Virus record (IMG/VR): IMGVR_UViG_3300042090_001530
Coordinates: 64,001-128,000 of that record
Direction: 5' to 3' (one strand)
DNA length: 64,000 bases
From: a virus
Taxonomy: Duplodnaviria; Caudoviricetes
Both the position numbers and the translations under genes were made by a program. The notes under the pieces are model-generated. The model was not told where the DNA came from. It did not search any database and saw nothing but the letters and a program-made list of their open reading frames with translations. Positions 47,772-58,493 of the stretch are shown piece after piece (positions within the stretch are counted from its first letter, which is position 1; each line of letters starts with the position of its first letter).

Positions 47772-48000
47772 ACCCAGCCTGTTTGCCCGTCGCCGTCGTG
47801 CTGCGATCCTCAGTGTCCTCGCCGAGCACGGGCAGCTGTCCGCGTACGAGATCACCCTGCGGACTGGGCGGTGGAGCAGCGTGTACGTCGATCTCGGGGC
47901 GCTCGAGGAGGCCGGCCTGGTCGCCTCGGAGGTCCAGGAGGCGCTCAACGGCAGCCGTATCCAGTACTGGCGGCTCGCCGAGCGGCAGGCCGGCCGGTGA
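47764..48000 (+). CDS. Small winged-HTH protein, paralog of 46833-47072
   Basis: AILSVLAEHGQ...VYVDLGALEEAGLV. Confidence 0.6.
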   Translation: MRRPSLFARRRRAAILSVLAEHGQLSAYEITLRTGRWSSVYVDLGALEEAGLVASEVQEALNGSRIQYWRLAERQAGR

Positions 48001-48133
48001 CCGCCGAAGAGCGGCGGATCCTCGCCGCGCTCACCACCAACCACGCCGCCGCGGTGACGCTGCTCAACCGGCGGATCATCCGGCGCGAGCGGCACACCGT
48101 AACCGACACCACCGACAACGAAGGGAACTGACC

Positions 48134-48565
48134 ATGGCCGAGCCGATGACCGTCGAACGCCTCGCCGAGATCGAGGCCCGCGCCAACGCGGCCGAGAACG
48201 GCTGGAGCATCGTCGCCGACACCGACGACCCGTACCGCTACGAGATCCACGGCGACGGTCCGACCCGCGTCGCCGTGTTCGGCGGCGACCCCGACGACTC
48301 GATGGCGTCCTACCCGACCGAGGAGAACGCGCGCTTCGCAGCCCACGCCCGCAGCGATGTGCCCGTACTGCTCGCCGAGGTGAAGCGCCTCAACGAGCGG
48401 CTGGCCGAGTACGTCGGCTGGGAGCCGACCGTCAAGGAAGAATACGACCACGCATGCGGCCAGCTTGGCCTCGTCAAGGAGATCGTCAGGCGCTTCGACG
48501 CCGCCCCGAAGCTCGAGGTGAACGCGTTCGTCGCGAGCCTCAAGCACGCGCTGGAGATGCCCTGA
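48134..48565 (+). CDS. Ead/Ea22-like phage protein
   Basis: LAEIEARANAA...NARFAAHAR.DVP.LLAEV.RL. Confidence 0.6.
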   Translation: MAEPMTVERLAEIEARANAAENGWSIVADTDDPYRYEIHGDGPTRVAVFGGDPDDSMASYPTEENARFAAHARSDVPVLLAEVKRLNERLAEYVGWEPTVKEEYDHACGQLGLVKEIVRRFDAAPKLEVNAFVASLKHALEMP

Positions 48566-49932
48566 TGGACGTCGAACTCCCGCGCGAGCTGTGGGCCGTG
48601 GACGTCACACTGATGTCCCGACAGTTCTTCGAGCAGGTGGACGGCGCGCCCGTGAACGCGGAACTGCCGTTGCTTGCCGCGTCCTGGGTGCAGACCACTT
48701 CCGGCTGGCAGTTGGGCGGACTGCTCAAGTCGCGGGCTGACCTGTCCCGCGCCGAGAAGGTCAACGTCTGCTACCCGGATCGCAGCGTCGAGACCCTGAC
48801 GCTGTCGGAGCCGCCCGCCAGGCACGCTCGGACGGGTGATCCGCGCGGCGTGTTCACGACGTTCCACATCGCTGGCGAGCCGTCCTGGCCGGGCGCCGCG
48901 GCCCAGCATGAGGCGATGCTCCAGGAGATGCGCGAAGAGGGCTTCGTGTTCGAAGGCGACGACGAGGACGGCAACTGATGGCCGGGAAGAAGACCGCGCT
49001 CGAGCGCCTGGACCAACTCGTCGCCGAACACCCCCACTCGCCAGCCGGTACGCGCGTGTCGGTGACGGTCGGCGAACTGCGGGACCTCGATGCGCGGATC
49101 GACTGGCTGTCCGACATGGTCGTGTCCGCAGCGGCGCTGCACACGGGCAGGCTCTCCAGCCAGGAGAGCGAGTACGTCGAGGAGGAACTGCTGTTGGTCG
49201 CGGCCGACCTGGAGAAGTCTGGGCCGCGGCATATCCCGGTTTCCGAAGGTGGTCGCCGATGAGCGTCGATCCGAAGCGCGTCGCCGAGACGCTGCTGGCC
49301 AGCCATTTGATCGACACGCAGGGCGAGATCCACCCGAACGTGATCCGCGCGTACGTCGAGGCCCGCGCCTACGAGGGCATGGTCGCGCCGGGCGAGGTCG
49401 ACGGGCTCTGCGACGCGATCGACGAGTTGATGACCGACGCGGCCCAGGAAGGCCGCATCACCGTCACGATCGAGGAGGACTGATGGCCGACCCGGACGCA
49501 CTGGCTGCCGATCTCGCTGCCGACCTCATGACAGTTGCAGACCCCACCGCCGAGGCGCGGATGCGCCGGCTGGTCGCCGATGCGGCCGCCGAACTGCGGG
49601 CCGCAGGGCATGTCCCGGTCGAGGTCAATCAGTACGGCAGCTACACGAGCCCCGGCTACAAGTGCGAGGCCTCGGGCGACATGGACACAGTCCGGATCGA
49701 GTACAAGCTGCCCGAAGACGACCTGACCGACCCCGACCGGATGAGCCGCAACGAGAAGTACGAAGCCCGGCTCGCCGCGCGCGACGCCTACGCGGCGACA
49801 CTCAGGGCGTCTGGCTGGGTCGTCGAGGAGCGCACCGTGCACGGCAACCGGCCGATCCTGCTCACCGTTTCCGAGGCCGAGGAGACGGGCGGAAACCCGG
49901 AAATTGCGCCCCCGACGTGCGAAAATAGGTAG
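48565..49932 (+). other. Four hypothetical genes (48565-48978, 48978-49262, 49259-49483, 49483-49932)
   Basis: TGATG/ATGA coupling. Confidence 0.55.
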
Positions 49933-50043
49933 CAGGGTAATGACTTCCCGAAACGCTGCGGCGCGCCCGCTCATCACCTGGGCGCGCAGCCTCGGCTGTG
50001 AGGTGACGTACTCCCGCGGCCACCAACTGACTCACCAACCACC

Positions 50044-51588
50044 TTGGGGGACCTCGTGCACACTGCACGAGCACGACTTCGATCGGCACCCTGGCCGCTG
50101 CTGGGGGTGCTCGCGGTGCAGGCCGCATTCAGTCTCCGGCTCATCTGGACGCGCACCGCGTTCATAGACGAGGCCACATACATCTACGCAGGCCACGAGA
50201 TGATCGCGCACTGGCTGCACGGCATCCCGGTCCCGCCGTACCCGACGTGGCTTTCCGGTTCGCCTGCGCTGTACCCGCCGCTCGGCGCACTGGCCGACTC
50301 GCTCGGCGGCCTGGCCGGCGCCCGGCTGTTGGGCCTGGCGTTCATGCTCTCGGCCACGGTGCTGCTGTACTTCGCGGCCAAGCGCCTGTTCGACGGGCGC
50401 GCCGCACTGTTCTCAGCGATCCTGTTCGCCTCCCTCGCGGGCACGCAGTTCCTCGGCGCGTTCGCCACGTACGACCCGATGGCCCTGTTCCTGCTCGCGC
50501 TCTCAGCGTTCCTCGTGGTCCGGCACGGCGGCGGGAGCGGCCTGCGGGACGTGATCCTCTCCTGCCTCGTCGCGCCGGTCGTACTGGCGGTCGCGGACGC
50601 CACGAAGTACGCCACCGCCCTGTGGAACCCGGCCGTGATCGGCCTCGCCTTCATCGTCCCGATCACCGCAGGCGCGTCGAAGCGCGAGGCCGCCGGCCGG
50701 GCCGCAAGGTTCGCCGGGGTACTGGTCGCGGTGATCTGCGGGGCACTTTTCGGGATCGGGCACGGCGAGTACCTGCAGGGCATCGCCTACACGACGCTGG
50801 ACCGCAACGCGTCGGTCGGCGGCATGGGCCAGTCCCCGACCTCGGTACTCAAGAGCGCGTGGGAGTGGATCGGGATCGTCGTCGTGCTCGCCGCAGCCGG
50901 GATCGCCGTGCTGTGCGCCACGGACCGGCGCCGCTGGCGTTCGCCGCTGCTCGTGCTCGGCCTGCTGCTGTTCGCCGCCACCCTGGCCGCGCCGCTCGAA
51001 CAGGCCCGCATCGGCACGCTCGTGTCCCTGCAGAAGCACGTCGTGTACGGCGCCTGGTTCGGCTGCATCCCCGCCGGGTTCGCGCTCGCCCGGGTCCTGC
51101 GCTGGCGGCCCGCGTTCGCGGCCGGCGCCACCGCGGCGCTCGCACTGCTGCCGCTCGCGCTCGCCGCGCAGGCGTCCTCGTTCTACTCGTGGGGCCAGGA
51201 GAACCTCGCCTTCACGGCCGCGCTCAAGCCGCTCGTGCACCCGGGAACCGGCCGGTATCTGGTCGAGGGCTTCGACGACATCACCGCCTACTACGTCGGG
51301 GACGTCTACTCGATCCAGTGGAAGGAAGCCGGCACGGGCGATTTCCAGTACACCGACCCCGCCACCGGTAGGCGGCTGCCGAAGAACGGCGCGTCCCTGG
51401 CCGCCGCGGTGCGAGCCAAGTACTTCACGCTGATCATCCTGAATTTCGCCGAGCCCAACGACGCGCTCATCGCCGCCGACATCGCCAAGTACGGCGGGTA
51501 CCGGGTCGTCGCGACCCTGCCGCCGTCTGCGGTCGGCTCCAAGTCCGCCTACACGGTGTGGGCCGCTACAGGAAGCGCCGTCGTCTGA
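50044..51588 (+). CDS. GT-C fold glycosyltransferase (ArnT/PMT, GT39/83-like); start uncertain
   Basis: FIDEATY catalytic loop; many TM helices; ATYD and TKY motifs. Confidence 0.85.
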   Translation: MGDLVHTARARLRSAPWPLLGVLAVQAAFSLRLIWTRTAFIDEATYIYAGHEMIAHWLHGIPVPPYPTWLSGSPALYPPLGALADSLGGLAGARLLGLAFMLSATVLLYFAAKRLFDGRAALFSAILFASLAGTQFLGAFATYDPMALFLLALSAFLVVRHGGGSGLRDVILSCLVAPVVLAVADATKYATALWNPAVIGLAFIVPITAGASKREAAGRAARFAGVLVAVICGALFGIGHGEYLQGIAYTTLDRNASVGGMGQSPTSVLKSAWEWIGIVVVLAAAGIAVLCATDRRRWRSPLLVLGLLLFAATLAAPLEQARIGTLVSLQKHVVYGAWFGCIPAGFALARVLRWRPAFAAGATAALALLPLALAAQASSFYSWGQENLAFTAALKPLVHPGTGRYLVEGFDDITAYYVGDVYSIQWKEAGTGDFQYTDPATGRRLPKNGASLAAAVRAKYFTLIILNFAEPNDALIAADIAKYGGYRVVATLPPSAVGSKSAYTVWAATGSAVV

Positions 51589-51701
51589 TGTTCTCTCGCT
51601 ATGACCTGATCTTGTTCGCCGCGCCCGCGCTGGGCTCGCTGCTGTCCATGTTCGCGGTGCGCGCCCTCTACCGCCGCGGCAAGGCGCTGGGGGACGTGTG
51701 A
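51588..51701 (+). CDS. 37-aa single-TM peptide
   Basis: TGATG-coupled on both sides. Confidence 0.5.
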   Translation: MFSRYDLILFAAPALGSLLSMFAVRALYRRGKALGDV

Positions 51702-53662
51702 TGGACCACCACCATGACATCCCCACCGTCCGCCTGCGCTCGAGCGGCCGGATCGCGCTCGCTTCGATCGCCATGACGTCCCTGCTCGGCTGGGCCCTGT
51801 ACCGCGTGTTCTCCGCCAACTCGGCGCTGCACGGCCGCGACAACAACGTCCTGCTCTGGTCGGCGTTGTTCCTCGCCGCCGGGCATCAGGTGCTGCTCGC
51901 CTGGCGCGACAAGCCGTTCACCGTCACCGACGCCCAGCAGGCCGAACTCGACAAGCTGCACCTGACGGTGAACGTCCCGCTGTACAACGAGTCCCCGGAG
52001 ATCGTCGACCGGGTCATGTACGCCCTGTTCCACCAGTCGCGGCTGCCGCAGCGCATCGACGTCGTCGACGACGGATCCCGCGCCGAGTACCGGGCCGCAT
52101 ACGAGGAGATCCGCGCGTACTGGGCGGACCGGTTCGCCGAGACCGGCGCCGTGTTCACGTGGACGCGGCAGGCCAACGCGGGCAAGCGGCATGCGCAGGC
52201 CGTCACGTTCCGGGACGCCCCGGACGGCATCGTCGTCACCCTCGACTCTGATACGGCGCTCGAGCGCGGCGCCCTGGTCGAGGTGCTCAAGCCGTTCGCC
52301 GACCCGCGGGTGTTCTCGGTCGCGGGTGTTGAGATCGCGTTCAACGCCCGGCGCAACCTGCTGACCCGGATAGGTGCGCTGCGGCAGATCACCTGGCAGC
52401 TCGTCCAATGCTCCGCACTGAACCGGCGCGGGCAGATGCTGGTCAACCGCGGCACCTTCGCCGCCTATCGCACCGTCGTCGTGCAGGAGCGGCTGGCCGC
52501 CTACCTGGGCGAGACGTTCGCGGGCAAGCCCGTGAAGTACTCGGACGACTCGCTGCTCACCCTCTACGCCCTCTCGTACGGGCGCGCCGTGCAGCAGCTC
52601 ACCGCATTCCAGCTGCCTGAATACCCCGAGTACGTCAGCCATGCCCTCCGTCAATGGGCGAGATGGATGCGCGGCTCGACCATCAGGTCCCTGTGGCGCG
52701 CCAAGTACCTGCCAGTCCGATCCTACGGCTGGTTCATGAACACCCTCTCGTGGTGGCAGTTCGTCACCGCGACCATGGCCTACCTGTACGTGTGGGCGTA
52801 CCTGCCCGCCGAGGGACGGTTCGGGCTCGCGTCGGTCGCGATCGCCGTGGCGTGCACGTACCTGATGCCGCTTCGGTCGCTGCTGATAGACCGTTCCGAC
52901 GAGACGAGCGTGCAGCAGTTGGACACGTTCCTGCTCGCCCCCCTGTCCTGGGCGTGGTCGCTGCTGGTCCTGCGCCCGCTGCGCCTGTACGGTGCGCTCA
53001 CGTGCGCGAACAACGGGTGGGGTACGCGCTCGGCCGTGGAGGTCGGGTTCGCGCGCGACCATGGAACCATGGCACTCGATCCGCTGGCTGAGACCGCCGT
53101 CATCGCTACCACCTCGGACACCCTCACCCTCCCGCCGGTCGGCCGTCCGGCCCGGCACAGACGCCGCCGGGGATGGTTGCATCCGGTGCACCTGACCGCG
53201 TTCGGCGCGGTGACCGCCGCGGCGGCATGCGGCGCGGTGGTGGTGCTCGCCGGGACCTCGCCGAGCCCCGACCGGTTCGCGCCGGGCCCGCGCGCCGTAG
53301 TGTCGGCCAGGGCGGCGGCCACGATCACCATCCCCGCGATCACTGCGCCCGCTGCCGCGCCTACGCCAGGCGTAGGGGGGCAGGTGCCCGCGGCTGCGGT
53401 AAGCGTCCTTGGGCCGCCTTCCTCGACTCCGGCAGCCATCCCGCCGCCGACCGTGCCGGGGCCCGGCACGGTCGCAGCCTCAAGCGGCACGACCGCCGCC
53501 GTGCCGCCGGCTCCGATGCCAACGAAGACTCCAACGGCCTCGCCGTCCGCATCCGTGACGCCGACCGCGAGCGCGGCCCCAAGCGTCTCCTCAAGTCCGT
53601 CGGCGTCCGCGAGCATCTCGCCGAGCGCCACGATCACTACGCCGACCGGGAGCCCGGAATGA
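51701..53662 (+). CDS. Processive GT2 polysaccharide synthase (hyaluronan/chitin synthase-like) with Pro/Thr/Ser-rich tail
   Basis: VPLYNE, VVDDGS, NAGKR, TLDSD (DxD), SDD, QWARW (QxxRW); C-terminal TMs. Confidence 0.9.
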   Translation: MDHHHDIPTVRLRSSGRIALASIAMTSLLGWALYRVFSANSALHGRDNNVLLWSALFLAAGHQVLLAWRDKPFTVTDAQQAELDKLHLTVNVPLYNESPEIVDRVMYALFHQSRLPQRIDVVDDGSRAEYRAAYEEIRAYWADRFAETGAVFTWTRQANAGKRHAQAVTFRDAPDGIVVTLDSDTALERGALVEVLKPFADPRVFSVAGVEIAFNARRNLLTRIGALRQITWQLVQCSALNRRGQMLVNRGTFAAYRTVVVQERLAAYLGETFAGKPVKYSDDSLLTLYALSYGRAVQQLTAFQLPEYPEYVSHALRQWARWMRGSTIRSLWRAKYLPVRSYGWFMNTLSWWQFVTATMAYLYVWAYLPAEGRFGLASVAIAVACTYLMPLRSLLIDRSDETSVQQLDTFLLAPLSWAWSLLVLRPLRLYGALTCANNGWGTRSAVEVGFARDHGTMALDPLAETAVIATTSDTLTLPPVGRPARHRRRRGWLHPVHLTAFGAVTAAAACGAVVVLAGTSPSPDRFAPGPRAVVSARAAATITIPAITAPAAAPTPGVGGQVPAAAVSVLGPPSSTPAAIPPPTVPGPGTVAASSGTTAAVPPAPMPTKTPTASPSASVTPTASAAPSVSSSPSASASISPSATITTPTGSPE

Positions 53663-54705
53663 GCAGGCGCATCTGGATCCTCGCGGCGGCCGTCGTGCTC
53701 GCGTGCGCAGCCGGGGGAGCGGGCCTGGCTGCCGACGGGCACGGGCCTGCGGCCCGCACGGTGGCCGCGGCGGGCGCGGCACGCACCAGTGCGGCCTCGA
53801 ACCCGGCGAGACCCTCAGCGTCCGCCGCGGCGCCCGCAGTGCCCGTGAACGCCGCGCCGTACACCGACCCGGCGGGCAAGTACCTGGGTGTCGCGCTCCC
53901 GGCCGGCACTGCGGGTCTCGCCGGGTTCGCCGCCTCGACCGGTGTCCACCCGGACTTGTGGGAGACGTATGCCGGCTGGGGCGAGGCGTTCCCGACGTCG
54001 GATGCCACCTCGGCGTGGTCGCAGGGCGCGATGACCCTTGTGGCGTGGCAGACGGACTCCACGAGCCTCACGTCGATCGCGGACGGCGGTAGCGACGCCT
54101 ACCTTGAGCGGTTCGCCGCCGCGGTCCACGTTTTCGCGCACCCGGTGATGATCGGCATCGACCACGAGATGAACGGCGACTGGTACCCGTGGGGCACGCA
54201 AGCCGTCACCCCGGCCCGGTTCGTCGCGGCCTGGCGGCACATCCACGACATCTTCGTGGCCGCCGGGGACGACAACGTCCTGTGGGTGTGGGCGCCCAAC
54301 GTCGTCAACCCTGTGCCCAACGTCGCCCTTCAGCCGTACTACCCGGGCAACGCGTACGTGGACATCGTCGGGATCACGGGCTACTACACGGGCGAGATCG
54401 GCGAGGACTCGTATGCGGGATTGTTCGGCCGCACCGAAACAATCGTCGAACAATTCTCTGACCGGCCGTTTCTCGCATCCGAGACAGGCGTCGAGCAAGG
54501 TGCAGACAAGGCCGCGTGGGTCAGCAACCTGATCGACGGAGTGAAGGCGGACCCGCAGATGCTCGGGTTCGTGTACTTCGACTTCGGCGCCGCCCAGGGC
54601 AAACGCGCGGACTGGACGCTGCAAGACGACCCGGCCGCGCTCACCGCCTACCGGACCGACGCGGCCACGATCACTGAAGCCGCCATCTCGAACGGAGCGC
54701 GCTGA
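53659..54705 (+). CDS. Secreted GH26-family glycoside hydrolase
   Basis: Signal peptide; DHEMNGDWYPWG acid/base motif; WVWAPN; YYPG..YVDIVG; SETG nucleophile. Confidence 0.88.
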   Translation: MSRRIWILAAAVVLACAAGGAGLAADGHGPAARTVAAAGAARTSAASNPARPSASAAAPAVPVNAAPYTDPAGKYLGVALPAGTAGLAGFAASTGVHPDLWETYAGWGEAFPTSDATSAWSQGAMTLVAWQTDSTSLTSIADGGSDAYLERFAAAVHVFAHPVMIGIDHEMNGDWYPWGTQAVTPARFVAAWRHIHDIFVAAGDDNVLWVWAPNVVNPVPNVALQPYYPGNAYVDIVGITGYYTGEIGEDSYAGLFGRTETIVEQFSDRPFLASETGVEQGADKAAWVSNLIDGVKADPQMLGFVYFDFGAAQGKRADWTLQDDPAALTAYRTDAATITEAAISNGAR

Positions 54706-56513
54706 TGGTGCAGACCACGCCCGCATTCATGATCGACGGCCCGAGTACGGTCGACCGCGACGACGCGATCCGCCTCGAGGAGAACCCGGACGGCACCCGC
54801 ACGCTCATCGTGTACGTCGCCGACCTGACGGCCGCGCTCGACACTGATCCGGGCCTACTAGGCGTGGCGCTCGACCGCGGCGCGTCGCAGTACCGGCGAC
54901 AGGTGGCGGTGGAGACGATGCTGCCGGACGACGTCCAGGCAGCGTGCACTCTCGCCGAGGACACTGCCCGGCCGGTCCTGGAGATACGGCTGCCACTCGA
55001 CCCCGCGGGCGTCGTAGGCGACGCGGTATTGGGGCGCAGCGTGCTGTCTGGCGCAGTTGCCTTGTCGCACGAGCAGGCCGCGTTCGCGGTCGCGGACCGG
55101 CGCCATCCGCACCACAAGCCGCTGACGGCGCTGCGAGAGGTCGCCGAGGCGCTCTTTCGTGCCCGCTACGGCGCGTCTTCGGCGTTCTACGACTTCACGC
55201 GAGGCGTCTTCGTGGACGAGGACGGCGCGCTAGTGAAGGTGAAGGCCGCGCACGTCGTCGGGCACCTGATCGTCCAAGAGGCGATGATCGCGGCGAACCG
55301 GGCGGTCGCAGAGTGGGCGATCCGCGAGGACGTCCCGATCATGTTCCGTAACCACGCGGCCGCAGTCTCGGCCCCGCCTGCTGCCGTGCACCTCGAAGAC
55401 TTGTCGGCCGCGCTGCGCAGCGACGACCCCGCAGAACTGGCGACGTGGTTGGCGCGGGCCGAACTCACCGGACGCCGGGCCCGGTACGACGCGTACCCGC
55501 GTGAGCATCACGGGCTCGGCATCCCCGCCTACTGCCACAGTACGAGCCCGCTGCGCCGGGCCGCGGACCTGATCACGCAGCGTTCGATCGTCGCCCGCTT
55601 GGACGGGCGGGCGGCGCCGTTCACGGTGGAGGATGTCGCCGGGTTCTCCGAGCGGCTCACGGTCGTGATCGCGGAGGCGAAGTCGGCGAGCAGCACGGCC
55701 AGTCGGGAACGCGCGCACGAGCAGGCGCGGCAGATCCTGGACCAGGGCGCCGACTATTCGAGGATGAGCGCGGCCCGGTTCTTCGCGCTCGTCAAGCGCG
55801 CGACGAAGGAAGGCATCGCGTCGCCCGGGTTCCTGACCGAGGTCACCCGCCGCGCCGACACTGACATGTTCGAACTGCGCGACCTCTACCACCTGATCCT
55901 GCTGCCGACCGGCACCGAGTGGCTGGCAGCGAAGTCGGCGTGCCTCGCTCAGGTGTCGCGGCATCCGGAGCACGCGGTGAGCCTCGTGGCGATGTGGGCT
56001 CAGACCAGAGGCGTCGAACAGCCCGCGTACTCGCATTCGGCGGCCGGCCCGTCGCATCGACCGGCGTTCACCGCGAGCGGTGCCGTGGCCGGCCGTGACG
56101 GGGTGCAGGTCTCGGGTGCGGCCCGGACCGCGGCCTCGAAGGGGTCCGCGCAAGCCCAAGCAGCGCTCAGTCTGCTCGCCGCACTCGCTGGCGTCCCTGA
56201 CTGCTCGACGGATGCAGCCATCCCGATCGAACCGGCATCCGAGCCGAAGCAGCCGACGCTCACGGGCGATCCGCTCCGGGCGTTGAATCACGCGCGCAAT
56301 ACCGGGCTGCTCTCGCGTGTGGAGTGGGTGGTCCAGCAAGGTGCAGCGGCGGACGGCCAGCCGCTGTTCGACGCACACCTCACCGCGCAGCGCCGCCCAG
56401 GCGCGGCGGTCGAGGGCCGGGGCCGCGCGGCAACGAAGAAGGCGGCGAAGGCTGCCGCTGCGGCCGACCTCGTGGACCGCCTGAAGACGACCGCCTCGAA
56501 TGGAGCGAACTGA
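54705..56513 (+). CDS. RNB-domain (RNase II/R family) exoribonuclease with two C-terminal dsRNA-binding domains
   Basis: IDGPSTVDRDDA, YVAD, HHGL...Y.HSTSPLRR..DL..QR; two dsRBD-like segments (GPSH.P.F...K..A...AA and F......G....KKAAK..AA). Confidence 0.85.
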   Translation: MVQTTPAFMIDGPSTVDRDDAIRLEENPDGTRTLIVYVADLTAALDTDPGLLGVALDRGASQYRRQVAVETMLPDDVQAACTLAEDTARPVLEIRLPLDPAGVVGDAVLGRSVLSGAVALSHEQAAFAVADRRHPHHKPLTALREVAEALFRARYGASSAFYDFTRGVFVDEDGALVKVKAAHVVGHLIVQEAMIAANRAVAEWAIREDVPIMFRNHAAAVSAPPAAVHLEDLSAALRSDDPAELATWLARAELTGRRARYDAYPREHHGLGIPAYCHSTSPLRRAADLITQRSIVARLDGRAAPFTVEDVAGFSERLTVVIAEAKSASSTASRERAHEQARQILDQGADYSRMSAARFFALVKRATKEGIASPGFLTEVTRRADTDMFELRDLYHLILLPTGTEWLAAKSACLAQVSRHPEHAVSLVAMWAQTRGVEQPAYSHSAAGPSHRPAFTASGAVAGRDGVQVSGAARTAASKGSAQAQAALSLLAALAGVPDCSTDAAIPIEPASEPKQPTLTGDPLRALNHARNTGLLSRVEWVVQQGAAADGQPLFDAHLTAQRRPGAAVEGRGRAATKKAAKAAAAADLVDRLKTTASNGAN

Positions 56514-57976
56514 TGCCCGAGACCACGATCACTACCGCCGTGGAGGCCGTGTCCGAGCGGCTTCGCACGGAGATCACCGCCGCATTGACTGCTGTCCTCG
56601 CGCAGTGGGACGAGCGGGAGGTGGACGCGACGAAACGCGCCGGATTCCTGCTCGGCGACTTCACCGAAGCAATGCTCGACGTGTTCGAGTCCAAGACGGC
56701 CGAGCAGTACGGCGTGGACATCGCCGGGCAGACCAGGCTGCGGGAACTCGCGTACCGCGACGGCACGCTCCATATGGAGCTCGACGCGGCCCACGAGATC
56801 ATGATCGCGCTTGTCGCAGCAGCGCGCACGATTCTCGGCGACGCTCAGAACTACGTGGAGATGGAGTTGAAGTCCGCGGAGTCGCTGGACCGGTTCGTAC
56901 TGACGATTCAGCGGGCCGGGAAGTTGACGCCGCATGAGGCGCGGTTGAAGGCGGAGGCCGAGCGTGACGCGCTGCGGGCTGAACTCGATGCGCTGAAGGC
57001 GGCGAGCAATGCTTGAGCAGCCCGGCACGCTCGGCCCGTCCGACGAGCCCCAACGCTCCGGCGCCATCGTCGCCGTCAACTATGGCGACTACCGCTCCCA
57101 GCAGCTATTCGTCCGCAGTGGCGCGAACATCGGGAATTGGTACTGCCTCGGTGGCGAGTTCGGACGCCCGAAGCCGTGGGACGACCCGCGCACCGATATG
57201 GAGAAGGTGCTCCACCGCCGGGACGTTCCCGCGCCTGCTCCGGGGCCGGGCGAGATAGTGCGCCACCCGACATGGCGGGACGTGCTCGCGCGTGGCCCGG
57301 TGACGTTGCTGTCGGCGGGCGAGCAGGACACGTACGCGACTGGGTGGGCGAACGGGCGGCGACGCATGCTCGAGCAGATGGAGGAGTTGAGCGACGATGC
57401 CTGAGCCGCTGATCCGCAAGCGCACACACGCCGAGATCCTCGCGCACATGGCCGAGCGGCTTCGCGAGCAGCCTGACGCTACGGCGCTACTAGCGCACAG
57501 CCTCACGCTCGACATGCTGGCGCAGGAGCTCGCGGCCGAGTCCGAGCCGCCGCGGATCGAGTGGGCGAACAGGTCGTGCCGGTTTGAACGCGATGGCCAG
57601 CCCGAGATCGCGTCAGCCGGTCCACTAGCGGAAGGCGGCGGTGAGCCGCTCGCCCGGCGCCGCATGGAGTTCCCGTGGTTCACGGCGGTGTTGCAGCGCA
57701 CGGTCACGTTCGGGCCGTGGGTTGAGGCGCCGCACGGGACGGGGGCGAACGATGTCTGACCGGAATCTGATCACGACTTGCCCGGCGTGCGGTCACCACA
57801 CGAGCGCTGCGATTGCGGGACGCTGCACAGCCATCGTCCCCGGGCCGACGGACGGGCCGATGATCCAGGTCTGCGGGTGTAACTGCTACAAGGCGCTGAC
57901 CGGTAAGGACATGCACGAGGAGTTCGCGGAACTCATGTGGGGCAAGCCCAGCGCGACGGAGGACTCCGATGCTTGA
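56513..57976 (+). other. Four hypothetical genes (56513-57016, 57009-57404, 57397-57759, 57752-57976)
   Basis: Coupled ORFs. Confidence 0.55.
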
Positions 57977-58493
57977 GCAACTCACGCTGGACCCGGACCC
58001 GGACCCGGACGCGTTCGCCCCGACCCGATCCGCAGTCATCTCCGAGGACGGCCTGTACCGCTACCGCCTGGACCGGCGGTGGGCTGACAGTCCGTCGATC
58101 GTGTGGCTGATGCTGAACCCGTCAACCGCTGACGCGGAGGCGGAAGACGCCACCAGCAGGCGTGTGCAGGCGTTCTCTCGCGCTTGGGGTTTCGGCGCGC
58201 TGACGATCGTCAACCTCTACGCATACCGCGCCACAGATCCGCACGCGCTCTGGCTCGCAGCCGATCCGGTCGGGCAGGAGAACGACGCCTACCTGGCCGA
58301 GGCCTGCGCCCAGTCCGATGTGATCGCGGCGTGGGGTGCGAACGCCCGGCCGGACCGGATCGCTGAGGTGCTCGCGCTGCCCGGCATGGCCCGTGTGCAG
58401 GCGCTAGAGGTGACGAAGGCCGGTCAGCCGCGGCATCCGCTGTACCTGCGCGGCGACCTGACCCCGCAACCATGGGAGAACCCGAATGTCTGA
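57969..58493 (+). CDS. DUF1643 protein
   Basis: YRYRL.R.W...MLNPSTAD...NLYAYRATDP...AAWG...P.HPLY. Confidence 0.9.
   Translation: MLEQLTLDPDPDPDAFAPTRSAVISEDGLYRYRLDRRWADSPSIVWLMLNPSTADAEAEDATSRRVQAFSRAWGFGALTIVNLYAYRATDPHALWLAADPVGQENDAYLAEACAQSDVIAAWGANARPDRIAEVLALPGMARVQALEVTKAGQPRHPLYLRGDLTPQPWENPNV

Noticed and set aside
53290-53650. Pro/Thr/Ser-rich repeats as a nucleotide-level repeat system
   Set aside because: They encode an ordinary low-complexity tail of the GT2 protein; no fixed DNA period.
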